Positions 37,001-48,462 of a stretch of 64,000 nucleotides of DNA are shown piece after piece. The position numbers and the translations under genes are program-made. Under the pieces are notes generated by a model that was not told the origin of the DNA, did not search any database, and saw nothing but the letters and a program-made list of their open reading frames with translations. Numbering within the stretch: position 1 is the first letter of the stretch; every line of letters starts with the position of its first letter. Origin of the DNA: Phoronis australis (taxonomy: Eukaryota; Animalia; Phoronida). The stretch covers positions 4,410 through 68,409 of the forward strand of contig NMRA01000376.1 of the NCBI GenBank assembly GCA_002633005.1, in the 5' to 3' direction.

Positions 37001-40000
37001 ATAATAAACGCGATTTTGATTCAGCCTGCATTGCTAAAATTCTTAGTTACTTATTGTGGCAAAAGGTTATCAAGATCATTTTAGTTTACATGTTAATTTT
37101 GTACTCAGAAAACTTTGTTAGATGTAAGCCTTAGCTATAACGACAACCCGTGCATCCGAAATATTTAAATCATGTTATTTTTATCTCCTATGGGAGTGTG
37201 CCAGCAAGTGACAAAATCTGTTTTGGGTGGAATTGGTTAAATGGTTAGTAGCCAGTAACAATGACAAAATCAGATTGCCAGGACAAAGCATCAGTTACTG
37301 TAACAGCTGACGGGGGGGGGGGCGGCACAGGTTAGACATATGAACGGTTTCCAAAACGCTAAAACTGCTACTGGTGGTGCAGCACTGGTTAGAATCATTC
37401 GGAAACGTGCATGTAAATAATATTAGATTTTGATCAAATTTGAAGTAAGAAATGGAAAACAAAAATGACGCATGTAAAACGAGTTTCGATATTAATCAAA
37501 GGCATCCTCATGTAAAATAGTAGACAGAAATAGAGAATGCTACACTTGTCTCCAGTTTATGACATGGGCAAAACCTCTTAGAAATGTCGTCTAAGTCCAG
37601 AGTCTTGCCAAGAGCGCACACGTTTTCAGCAGGTGAGACAAAATACATAGATATCCAGAGATTTAACACAATATCTTTTTAGTTTTTTTTTAGTTCCACC
37701 ACCTCTCACAACCCCCTTTCAGTTCTGCAGATAGATGAGTTGTCGTAGCAAGGATTGTGAGAGTAAATGCCTTTCTTACCCACGCAAAAGTAGTGTCCAG
37801 TTTATTCAGAACTTTAATGTTAGATAAGTCTGATGTCCAGTAGGCGTTGAGATGGGCCTGAGTAGGGTGGGTTTGCAAATGGACACCGAACACTGGAAAG
37901 AAAAAGAAAAATATGAACAACAAAACACGTGACTCTTCAAACTTTTCAAAACCTTTTAAAAGTTCGCTGAATCCTTATACTTTACCATTTTGATTGCTTT
38001 TGAATTGCTTGAAATTAAACTAGAAAAAATTCTATGAGTTTCATAAAGTTTCGATTTGTTGTCACGAACACGTTGATACTATGTTTCGAACTTTTATGGG
38101 GCATCGATTACTTTTTATCGCGATATTTACTTGTTAGAAAATGTTAGGAAATATAATGTTTTATATATTTATAATCGTTTAGATGTATACTATACAAAAA
38201 TTGAACATCAAGACGTCTTTCTCCAATGTATGTTCCAGCAAGTGGATGTCAATTGAAAATAGAAGTTGTGAATAACTAGAAGCGTCGAACGAACCGCAGA
38301 ATTAGTGGAAGTGCGACTTTCTTAATAGAGCTCCGTTGTTATTAAACAGGCCAAAAGTTTAAAAAAACCATTGCCGTATCAGCCTTGAACTGATTGATTA
38401 AAAATGATTTTAATAAAATAAGGTAAAACTCCTTACCTTGATGCCTGCGATAATGGTCCAGTAACTGAACCAGCGAATCGAACTCGTCAGTGCTGATGAC
38501 ATAATATTGGCCTTCTTCTGTTTGGTAGATACCCACGTGCTTGACTGCGTCACGGGCACTGTAATGGTGGTAGTATTTACGTGCTAGTTTGAAAATGCAA
38601 ATATACTGTTACACACGACTTGTCGGTGGAATAGGGACTACTAAAAACTGTATTTTCAGAATTTAATTTTTGTTAATGAACGAGTTTAATGATGAAAACT
38701 CTTTACGCACATATTTAAGAATGCAAAGATTTACACGATCAACAATTGACTTACTTAATCGACAAAACCAAGCGTTTGCGACAACTTCGCACCAAAAACG
38801 CACCAGGACCCTAAAAAGATAAGGAAGTGTATTAACAAAACGATTGATAGCAATTCAAAATATGAGAATGAATTATAACAAACAATGTGAGAGGTATAAG
38901 TTTGCGTTATTCTTCCTATCCAACATTGGAATATAAAACTTTTGTTGCAAAGGTTGCCCCTTTATTCAAGCTAGCAAACACAGCTATTCTCACACAAACT
39001 TTAAATATCATTAAAGCCTTACGTGAGGTCGAAGAACGAACAAAGCCAAGGCAGACGACAACTCTCTAAAGAACCACGGCTGCTGATACACGGGAGGTAA
39101 TTGTAACAACGTTTGCGACAACAATCCCGACCGGTTTGTGGCTTTGGAGTAGACGCGCCAGATCCACTTGTCCGAGGCATCAAGAACGGTGAGTTCTTCA
39201 TTCTAAATAAAGCCATAAATGATAAGTTGCCTCGGTGATAATGACCAAGTCTTACATTTTCAAAGAAAGACTAGTTATTGTCCCTGTTGAATAAACAGGT
39301 AGTCACTAGAGCCTACATAGCCACGGAAGCATATCTCGATCTTTTTATCACATACCTCTCACACACTTTTTGCAAGAAAGGGAGTGTAACCACTTGCTTT
39401 CCTGCTGTATCACGATGGTGGTGGCAATTTCTTTTCTCTGTAAACACTGTTCATGTTCAGAACTAGCTCTTCCCTTCGTTTTGTCCTTTTTCAAAGTTCA
39501 CAATTTAATAAGGTTTACACTGCTGCGCGACACGCACCAAAATTCCTGCAGATGGTGCATCATCGGGACCAATACGCACCGCATAGCCATCTCTCAACTA
39601 GTCCACACACGCTAACTTAGGCTCTATGAAAAAAATTGACTTGCAACATTTTTGTCAATAACCCTGCTTCTCATGTTAACAACCCTTTTAGAAAAACACA
39701 ATATTCAAACCTTTCATTTTATGCGCCAAGCATCAATCAATAACAAATTGTCAGAAATAACTTCGTAAGAGTAGGGTACAAGTTGAGGTGTAAAAAATAC
39801 TAAGGTTCTTTGGCGGAAGATTGGTTTAGAGCAAATTTTTAAAACACCGAACTCAATGACACGCTTATGGGTGACATTGATTAATTCAACAACGGATTTC
39901 CGATTTCGGTCTAAATTAACGATTTCTGAATAACGTTTTGTAAAATTCTTTTCCTTTGCTGGTTCAAGATGTTGGTTTGTTCAAAACATTGTGTTTGTAC

Positions 40001-43000
40001 GGTAGGTCCTCTCTTGTGACTTACAGCATGTGTCAAGCGTATTTCGCACATAGTTAATTCTGTTGCTTTCAGACGTTCATTTATTAAACCACGCTGTTGT
40101 AAAAAATACCTTCTGTACGGACATCTGTCCTGGTGCCGATGTGTCCACTGAAGACTTGGTTACGACTGTAAACCCCCAAAACTGACAGGCCGGTGGAGGC
40201 GAAACAAGCTGAAAATAAACCACATCTGTTACCAAATCTTACCAACGACGTCAATAATTCCATATGTGTTTTAGAAAAACAGTTCTGAGCAAACTATTGT
40301 GTTATTTCCTTCCGCAATCACATGGCATATTCGAAGTAAACAGTAAATAGAGGTGCGTTCCGTAATGCTAGACACTCGCGACACACTTGCGGCAAGACAC
40401 CTTGGCTCGTGACATAGTAAGTAGAGTTTTCCTAGTGATTCAACATTCCAGCCTTGTCCACCATTCACTGCCGTGTCGGCAATTTTACTAGTAGACTAGT
40501 AAGATCGCGTTCTTACTCGCAAAACATTGGCCTTTCATGCGCATGATCTTGCGTGATCATGACAAAATTACATTAAATTCGCCTCAGGCCGGAAGGCACT
40601 CCAGGTGTCAAAGTTACTACAACCATATCTAATGGAAATTTAGAGCAATTAAACTACATTTCAATAATTAATTTTTGGCAAATTCAACCTTGTTAAATCC
40701 TTCTAGTCGGCGAGGAAGTCCTAGTATTGTCGTCTCTTTACACCCCGTGTTGGTTCGTCTCGCAGATCGGCAACACGCCCACCGTCCGTTGCTATGGATA
40801 CCGTCATGAAAGTGCGTTTGCCACGTTTCGTTTTGAACACACGCTGAAACGAGTAGGCAGAGTCTATGACACATCTGCCGCGTTTATGTAATTGTCTATC
40901 AGTAACGACTTAACTTTACTTTGATTTTTAAAAAGATGCCTTTTAGGGACAATGTTCCTCACTGACATCATTGTTGACTGGCAACTGTAAATAATCTTAG
41001 AGCTAATCTGGACCCATGTGTATTACGTACAATGCTTTTTACGTGTATTCAGAGTGATGTCGTTAAGTTTCTTTTGTAAAACAGTGAACATTTTTTTTTT
41101 ATCTCACCTGCTCGTATTGCATTCAGCCAATTAAACAACGTTTCCTCCTCTGGGGCAGAGAGTAGCAACATCTGTTGACAGTCGTTGTCTTCAAAATGTA
41201 CCTAAATGCTCAATGGTATTAGTACTGATTTCGCATTTTAATGTGGATTTAAACTTGCGTTCAGTGCAAGCAGTGAAATTTTGATTTAGACCATGTATGC
41301 AAACTTATACAAATTGTCTTTAACTTGTTCCTAAGTGAAGTTTGGGTTTGCAAAACACCGAGGGTTCGTTAATTCTCGAGACCACGCGCGACGCGCAAAA
41401 TGACACGCCGTGACAAGTCAGCTTGTAGAGCCTCGGTCTCGTGCTAAAGATAACTGGCAGTTCTTTTGAAGCCGGGAAATCCCATCCAGTTCGAGTAAGG
41501 GACAATTTAATACCAATTTCATTACGGAACGTGGTCTAACTCAAATGTTGTTTTGAGGATAGAAAGTGGGTTCATAGCACCTTTAATTAAAATTAGGCTG
41601 TCTTTAACGTAACGGCTAAAGAAAGACATTTTTTACAAGAGTGCCATTATGCGTACAACACAGAGTAGAGATTTATGAGAAGAAAAATATCCCGAGCAAC
41701 TGGAAGTGACGCTACGTCTTCATGGTTATTAATAATTTTAGTGCAGCTGGCTATGAGGAATTTCTGATAAAAAAAACCAGTACACGTATTTAGAAAACGG
41801 ATTCAAAAGTCCTCCTAAAAGTAAGGCCGGACATACGATCATGACGGGTGTTTGCGTAATTGTAGAATAAAACGACATCTAAACCAAATTCTGTAACTAA
41901 TCACTAATATAAAGGCATCTGGTGCGAAACCGCAGCTCGGTTATTCTTGCGAGTCAAAAATCTCGGAAAACACTTCGTGCGCTGCTTAAGATGTTCTCGA
42001 GACTAATTTCTAACTATTAATGATTAGAAAGCCTTTAAGTCCGCAATCATTGTTGAGAAGCAACCAGGTGTCTTAGCCGGTTGACCCAGCCAAATCCGGC
42101 GTCGAAGTCACTGAATCGTGAATCAAGAGCAGCCAGTGAATTTGGAAGTTGTTACCATTGACAGTCCCTTGCAGTAAAACACTAATCGGTAGTATAAGAG
42201 AAGCCAGTGACAAACACACCCAGTACAAGCCTCTTTTCAGCCATAAGTGCACAGTCGGTTTCGCGCAAGCCAAAACCAGTCAAGATTGTGACTGTATTCA
42301 GTGATTTTCATATTTGGAAAGTCACGTGAGTTGACTAGCCTAACAGGTGCCACGCAAGTGCCAGCATTTACTACTAAAACATCGCTGCGCAGCATACGTG
42401 GAGAGTGAAAGCATAAAATTGCGATGAGAGGACCAATCCGTGCACTTGTTGGGTGTGTCAGCCGTTGCTGCTAAGACATATAAATCGGAGCCATCTAATG
42501 TCTGCTAGGTAGTAATCTTGCACAGCACATCACAACTACATTGAAGGAAAACTACCGGAACAACCCAATCTACTAGCGATCCTAGTGGCTAAATACAAGT
42601 CCCTTATTAACTACTCTCACCTGTAATACATACTCTTTGCTCTCAACACTGCAAGCCAAGCGCTCAACACACACAATGCTCGGTAGTGCCACTTGTACTG
42701 TTGGCTCGGAATCATCATCCTAAAAAATTTTCGGCTTAGTTACTTTCAAAACTATTTTACACAGGTGAAACTGCTAGTTTCCACCAGGTACCTATATATA
42801 AGTGGGAGTCTTGTACATGTAATATTCAAGGTGTTGCTTTGGTTGCGTGACCATGTCTTGATAAATGTTAGCAAATCCCTAAGGTTCATTCGTAGCAAAA
42901 CAGCAGTACCAACAAAATGACTAAATTTCCACTGTCATGAATATTTTAAAAAATAAAGTAAAACGCTGTCACAGTTGTGTAAATTAACTTTCCATTTTTC

Positions 43001-46000
43001 TATTGCATGATCATTGTCAACTTTTTCACCCCCAGTACCGTGACGTCTGTCGTTTACTTCACGGAATTTTCAGACTCAATTAGAAACAAAACTGTTCCAG
43101 CTGAGGCGGGATGCCCACTCATCGGCGGTTCCTCGAACGGATCTCAGCCGCCGACGGAAGAGCCTCCGCACCCCCCTCCCCTTCCTTGGCCGCAGACGTA
43201 TTCCTATATAGTGTTACAATGGCCAGGGCAGGTGACGAACAGGAAGCATTGGCTGGAAACAATTCCATGGTCGCGTCTCTAAATTCCAACTGCGATCCCT
43301 AAATCCCTGTTCCAGACCACCCAATTCGGAACCAGGTGCAATTGTTTTTATACAAGCGCCCTTAAACTCCAAAACAAGAGCCGGAAACACTCCATACCTG
43401 GTGACCAATCTCTACCCGCAACCACTCCTCGGATATGGAGTTTGCCGGGCACTAAGCATGCGTCGAATTCAGGGGCGCGGTTAAGGGATTTGTACCGCGG
43501 GACCGATGTTTACTGGCTGGGGTCCACGGGGTCGTAACTCAAAGGCGCGCCATGGAATCGCTTTCATTCCTGATAAATCTGGATACGAAAAAGTGTCATT
43601 TAATTAGACCAGCTATTTCTGAGACGTTGTTCCGAAGTAAACCCACATTTTTACATTGCCTAGAGTTACTCAAGGATACCCAAAACTCATTTTGGTATAT
43701 AGCTGCATCAAATGCATGACATGAGTAGCGTACTTATCCAATTCGCGGGCGCCCAGTATTATTTGGCTTTAACCAATAATATTTACAATAACAACACAAA
43801 ATTCAATATGTCGTCTGTCGTTCCTTCGTTAAACTAGTTTATGTCACAGAGAGTAAACAGCGATAGAATTTGTGATAAATTATGCGAGAGGCACCACATT
43901 CAAGAGAATCACTGGCCTATGGCGAAAAGGCTGGATGATAACGTCCCAATGTCATCGCTTGACCTCAAATAATGATAGGCGAATATTAAGGTTTTGATTT
44001 ACATGTACATGTACAAGAACAGGTTCAGGAAACGAACTCGACACGCCAGCCTGGCCATGATTTCGAACAAGGACGATGGTCTTTTCAGGCAGTATACAGT
44101 AATTTTGAATGACCGACGAATAACAGCACCACAGGGAACTCCCACAGAAGGTGCACACAGGGCGTGGCACACAGATCCCGGTGGTTTTTTCACTGCCAAA
44201 TTGCCTAAAAGAGTACCGCTTCTCCGACAGGTTGCTGTCTCTGATTTATTCGCCACAAAAGGGGATCGGTTAGGAAGTTATAGAGCTAAAAAGATGACGT
44301 GGATGAAATAAATCTCCGAAGAGTGTTTTTTTCCTGGGAGCTCCTTATTTGGTGTCCATCATCCCAATGGGGTGGGTATCAATTTTCCACACCGTCAAAA
44401 ATATTCAAGCATTCCCTGATCAACCCACAGGTGCGCGAGCACACACCAGGAGTACAAAATAATATCTCTTTCTACTGACATATCTTTAATCATCCAGTAC
44501 ATCACAGACTCTTCATTGTAGTGTTCACCGATCACCGTCCCTATTGTACACTGACCTACTATAATGGCGTATAAACAACCACAAATATTAGTATTGCACG
44601 ACTGATGTCACAGTCATTCGTATCGCCTTTAGAAAACAGCAATCATTATTGATTTCCAAAGCTATCAATTGTAACAAAAATATTCAAATGGCATTCTTGC
44701 GGCTATCGTGTTCGATTTGGCCATTGTGTATTGTGTAGAATTGGCCTTTGCCATTGTTCGGCCATTCTCCTTTGTCCTAAGATGCCTGGCAATGGGACGG
44801 CATTACCAGTCATTATGCAGGTTTCCCTTCCTCAATGTAAATAGGCGAGGGAAAATTTGTCAGAATGTTCGTGACCCAGGGAGTGCTTCGTACAAACGTT
44901 GTTTTTAAACCGGTATTTATCCCTAACAGATTATATGCATTGCAGGTGATAACTGTAGATGAACCTTTTGTTGCAAATGTCTGACTCTGACATTGAATCA
45001 AAGTCCCTGGTTTTGTAAATACGTTTCGTTGTCAATTACGCTATGTCCTGTTGGGGAATGTGTGCAAATGTTTTATAACAGTTTTTATTTGGTTAACATT
45101 TTTGCACTCACTGATCCCAACACCATTACCAGAATTCCTCGATAATTTAAGTACCATTCACAGTTGAAGCATATTTATGTACTTTTAATTTGAAGCTCTG
45201 AAATTCATTTTAGTCAAATTAGTAGATTATACATTATTTTTTAGTACTGCGTTTGAACTCACCAATACACAAAAACAAAAACACAATACACGTAATCACA
45301 TACCCATGCGTGCACCCAGCCTAAAATATAGGGGGACTCGAACTGGTATGCGGACCTTTTACTGAAAAAATCAGCGAGGACTAAAAAAAAACGGGCCACT
45401 AGGTTCAGGCCTACGGATTGTGCATCCGCGCCTAATTCCTGTGGGCTTTGTGGATTTTTGTCTCCTTTACTCGGACTTTTTGTTTCGCTGAGGCGGTCTT
45501 TTTTGCCCCCTGGGTGCGCCCATGCATACCTAACCAGAATAAGCGGTGGCTCGAACAAGTGTTTTTGATTTTTCCTCTAGTCTAATTGCCAGTGTGATCA
45601 CAGTCATACGAGGGTTGGGATGAAGCGATTACAAGTCATGAATGTTTAACTATTTACTTTGAAATCAATTAAAACCAAGCACAAATATTGTTGCGCACTA
45701 TAGTCGCTTAATATGGCAATAGGATTGATCAGTCAAATACTTGTCACATGACTTATTAGCTCCATGGTTCGAGGAGGGTAGTCAAGGTTAAAATCGGATT
45801 ACCCAAGAGCCATTTAGAAATTTGCGAACAGAAGTACTTACATTGTCCAATAAATTCCTAAGATTGTCGAAAGGTGGAACTTAATGGCTTGATTATAGAA
45901 CACCTGAGGTTAAAGAGGTCGTTTTACTTGTTACCGGGACATGATGTGCTTGCCCTAAAGGCCGAGGCTACAATGTTGTGTGCCAGATTACATCACGTTA

Positions 46001-48462
46001 TGTCTGTGGTTCGATACTCTGGCACAGGGCATTGCGCAAAAATATGCATCGTAATTGAATAATTTGTCCATGAACTATTATTGAATGTAGATGAATGGAT
46101 TTACGACTAGTCTTTCGTGTGCAGTTCTTGGCAAGTCTCCCGCTGTAAATCGCAAATACACATGATTCTTTAGAAGCTAAACTTTCTTCCAAACTGCATT
46201 ATGCCCAACTTATATATGAGAACTAACAGAGTAAAAGTTTTACTTTTACGAATACACACATGGTCTCAAAATCTGAAAATGCCATAATGAACACGGGATT
46301 GATGCTATAGTGACTAGATAGGGACGTGTCACCACCATTGGATATACTATATTTTTTACTTCTCAGGTATCGTACCGGGCAGGTATTTCTGCCTTTTCAA
46401 GCATTCCTTGTATGGTGATTTTGGCTTGGGTACCATTCAAGCGCACTTGTCAACTGTCACGCCTTTGGCGGGATTGTCCTGCTTTTTGAATATTTGCTCC
46501 CTCACACCATGAAAATGTCTCGTGAAATTTAAAAATTTCCACACCATTGTAATATTTCACGCGATGTAGCTCTCTTTTCCCGTTCAACTAAAAAAAAAAA
46601 CGCCGTCAGGGTGTTTTCTGGTGTGGCGGCGGACATTTCACCCTAGCGTTTGGCATAGACCCAGATGTCGAACTTTGTTTCCTGTTGTCGTGTTTTTTTT
46701 GTCAATCCAGGTTCCCGCTTTTTATTTTCAAATAGTGGCAACTATGACTTGCGGATTACGCAAGTACTTCGTTTTCCTGGATTTTAGATTGGTGGCAATC
46801 CGCTACTTATTATCTAAAAGAGAATCCCACGAGATCTAGAAATCACAGGAGCGCATAAATTGGGTTATTTATGATGTCAAGGAAATCTTTCATTGTTCAG
46901 TTATTGTTTCTTTGACAGTTTAGATCTGGAGCATTTTGTTCCGTAGCGGAATGTAATGCTACTTAGCCCTCGGGTATAACTCTGAATGTTCAGTACATGT
47001 TACCTGGTATCACAGTTCGTGTACAAGAGAAAAAACGCAGGGCTGCCGTACGTTGTAACAAAATTCTTGTCCTCGCGGCCACTTTGTTTTCAATATCTGT
47101 AACTGCAGGTTACATTTGTTTCCTTCTTTAGTGTTTTATTTGAACAATGAATTTGATACATTAGGGGTACGTTAATGCCAGCGTTTTTCGTGTTTTTTCT
47201 TCTAGTTCCCTGGCGGCTGTGTCGTAGAAGTTGGACGGTAGTTCCCATTTACATACATCATACAAAATATTCTTGTTTTACCTTTTAACGTCTCCAATGA
47301 GGAGCATGTGTTCACAATAAGTAACCATCATGCGGTTAGAGGTCTTCAAGACATTTGGTGATATTCCAACTTTTCTTTATTTTTATACTGTTGCTATTAA
47401 AGTAAACTATATGTTTGCCGGGTTCGTACTAGAAACACATCGCGAAGACGACAAGGCGTGTAAGAAGGGGTTACGACAAGACAATTAGCTTAGTACTGAC
47501 ATGGATGGTGTCAAGTTGCCCAAAGCTGGCTGTACTGTAATTTGCACTCGTAATTTTGCGAACTGTGACCAACGCGGGAGTGTTATTAGCATTCAAAATT
47601 TTAAGGTTTCCTATGGAGGTCGTAATAATGCAGGTTTCATTGTATTTGGTCCTGACATTACACGTAAACTCAACCCTATTCCAGATTGTTTGCTAAACAC
47701 ACACTGGGATGTTGGATATAAAAGTACCATCGCCGTACGATGTTATTGCTCTTCACAACTTGACCAGTGCCGCAACTCATGTGATGTAACAAGTGTTTTT
47801 GAGGTTGTACTTGCAGCAAGATCACGGCTAAAGCCCTAGTTTCACGTTGAAATGGAGAACTATGATGCATCTCATTTTGAATACCAACACTGTCGACATA
47901 ACAAATGGCATTGTCATTTGACCCATAACATGAAGTTCTGAGCAACATAAATAACATCATGCGTGTTAAGAGAAAGTTACACGTCCGCAAGGATGATCGA
48001 TCCATCGTTACAGAAACTGACACAAACGCGTGCCAAACGGCAACGGGTAAGCCGAATAGGCCCTGTATAGGTTGAACTTTTTTCTGACCCCCCGCACACG
48101 GAATGATTCCAATCAACCCATGGTTGTGAATCAACTGGGTATGCATAGTTTGCAATTCCAGTGCATCGACTTGGCTTATTTGTACATTACAACAGAAATT
48201 CCTTGCTTAAAGTCAGTGACCCAGGGTGGTGACCATACATGCAGGGCAGTTACCTTAACAAAGAAGTTACGCTGTTGCTCTGCAGCTTGATACGAGTGAT
48301 GGTAAATGAAATTGCTTTTGTTAGAGCACTTACCCATTTCTCCTGCGATGCGTAGAATTTCAAGCAGTCATCAAGCACGGCGTAGACCTTAACAAACGTT
48401 TCGCATACAAAGTTAAGACCCCTGCGATATTTTATATCCACAACACCAGATAATTTCTTCAT
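25965..48462 (-). CDS. Tec/Btk-like predicted pseudokinase: PH - Btk Zn motif - degenerate SH3 - SH2 - inactive kinase fold - long Ser-rich/coiled-coil tail; 17 coding exons, ~1320 aa
   Basis: complement join(48334-48462,42621-42719,41108-41201,40689-40843,40110-40208,39023-39202,38755-38810,38437-38558,37780-37892,35587-35665,34695-34800,33458-33668,32858-32919,30422-30605,29769-29849,28243-28348,25965-28051)=3963 nt, in frame, all GT-AG. Motifs: FHDG...WACC...GC (Btk motif); WFFRELS, GAFLVR, VKH (SH2); HSNIQRLL, GMTYL..GIVHNEL, LLPPE, DVWSFGVLLW, CLRKEPESR (kinase fold). The start codon is the least certain part. Confidence 0.88.
28243..28348 (-). CDS. Tec-like exon 16 (subdomain XI, SKIP motif)
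   Basis: EPESRANCRDVWKLLRQVEKSLPKESSSKIPKLFK|gtaagt. Confidence 0.8.
28761..28881. mobile_element. ~120-bp MITE, copy of 6645-6763
   Basis: cagtaacgc...gcgttactg termini. Confidence 0.85.
29697..29753. repeat. Imperfect (CA)n/(CACG)n microsatellite
   Basis: cacacacaaacacacatacacgcacgcacgcgcacgcatacacatgcacaccaccac. Confidence 0.75.
29769..29849 (-). CDS. Tec-like exon 15
   Basis: ILGNTHRSGETTFGSNLQTIAESCLRK|gtaagt. Confidence 0.8.
30422..30605 (-). CDS. Tec-like exon 14 (activation segment, alphaF)
   Basis: RLLPPEV...TTKLDVWSFGVLLWMSFS. Confidence 0.9.
30797..32326. mobile_element. ~1.5-kb foldback element with ~560-bp imperfect inverted arms
   Basis: Left arm ~30797-31363, right arm ~31768-32326; aaaattagtgtcattaaaaactacagtcttccttgagtaaactaaattatttatcg versus cgataaataatttagtttactcaaggaagactgtagcttttaatgacactaatttt. 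Confidence 0.9.
32858..32919 (-). CDS. Tec-like exon 13 (catalytic-loop end, DFG replaced by GFH)
   Basis: cacag|IPENCTVHSSSVVITGFHYA|gtaagt; 62 nt, phase 0/2. Confidence 0.82.
33458..33668 (-). CDS. Tec-like exon 12 (kinase subdomains IV-VIb)
   Basis: CIHHSNIQRLLALG...VVTDY...LKDYV...DVCAGMTYLGRRGIVHNEL. Confidence 0.9.
34695..34800 (-). CDS. Tec-like exon 11 (beta3 and alphaC)
   Basis: CYRDGNFKEELLVYKEHSSSNSDREKFKQMTDIL|gtaagt. Confidence 0.75.
35587..35665 (-). CDS. Tec-like exon 10 (N-lobe insertion)
   Basis: cacag|PCKLAYRSTQVTPVNKKVPPDLSPLS|gtaatg; 79 nt, converts phase 0 to the phase 1 required by the next exon; no homology support. Confidence 0.55.
37780..37892 (-). CDS. Tec-like exon 9 (SH2-kinase linker, degenerate Gly-loop)
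   Basis: FGVHLQTHP...YWTSDLSNIKVLNKLDTTFAW. Confidence 0.8.
38437..38558 (-). CDS. Tec-like exon 8 (SH2)
   Basis: VKHVGIYQTEEGQYYVISTDEFDSLVQLLDHYRRH. Confidence 0.9.
38755..38810 (-). CDS. Tec-like exon 7 (SH2 FLVR)
   Basis: GPGAFLVRSCRKRLVLSI. Confidence 0.88.
39023..39202 (-). CDS. Tec-like exon 6 (SH3 C-half, SH2 start)
   Basis: NEELTVLDASDKWIWRVYSKATNRSGLL...QQPWFFRELS. Confidence 0.85.
40110..40208 (-). CDS. Tec-like exon 5 (linker, SH3 N-half)
   Basis: LVSPPPACQFWGFTVVTKSSVDTSAPGQMSVQK; phase 0/0. Confidence 0.7.
40689..40843 (-). CDS. Tec-like exon 4 (Btk zinc-binding motif)
   Basis: THFHDGIHSNGRWACCRSARRTNTGCK: H-x10-CC-x9-C. Confidence 0.88.
41108..41201 (-). CDS. Tec-like exon 3 (PH C-terminal helix)
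   Basis: VHFEDNDCQQMLLLSAPEEETLFNWLNAIRA, with the invariant PH Trp. Confidence 0.85.
42621..42719 (-). CDS. Tec-like exon 2 (PH)
   Basis: DDDSEPTVQVALPSIVCVERLACSVESKEYVLQ|gtgag, resembling Tec-type I.CVE...YPFQ. Confidence 0.8.
48334..48462 (-). CDS. Tec-like exon 1 (PH beta1-beta3)
   Basis: MKKLSGVVDIKYRRGLNFVCETFVKVYAVLDDCLKFYASQEKW|gtaagt; acceptor-like gtgcag 8 nt upstream of the ATG. Confidence 0.7.

Noticed and set aside
43950-44310. Overlapping ORFs with faint non-LTR-like FCGSSLW text
   Set aside because: Too weak to call without a profile search.
47676-48155. 159-aa minus-strand ORF, with an RDLAAS string in another frame, in intron 1
   Set aside because: No other kinase motifs, nearby stops and no convincing splice context; likely chance.
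25965-48462. Tec-like gene as a pseudogene
   Set aside because: No stops or frameshifts across 17 exons, canonical splice sites, and structural motifs retained.
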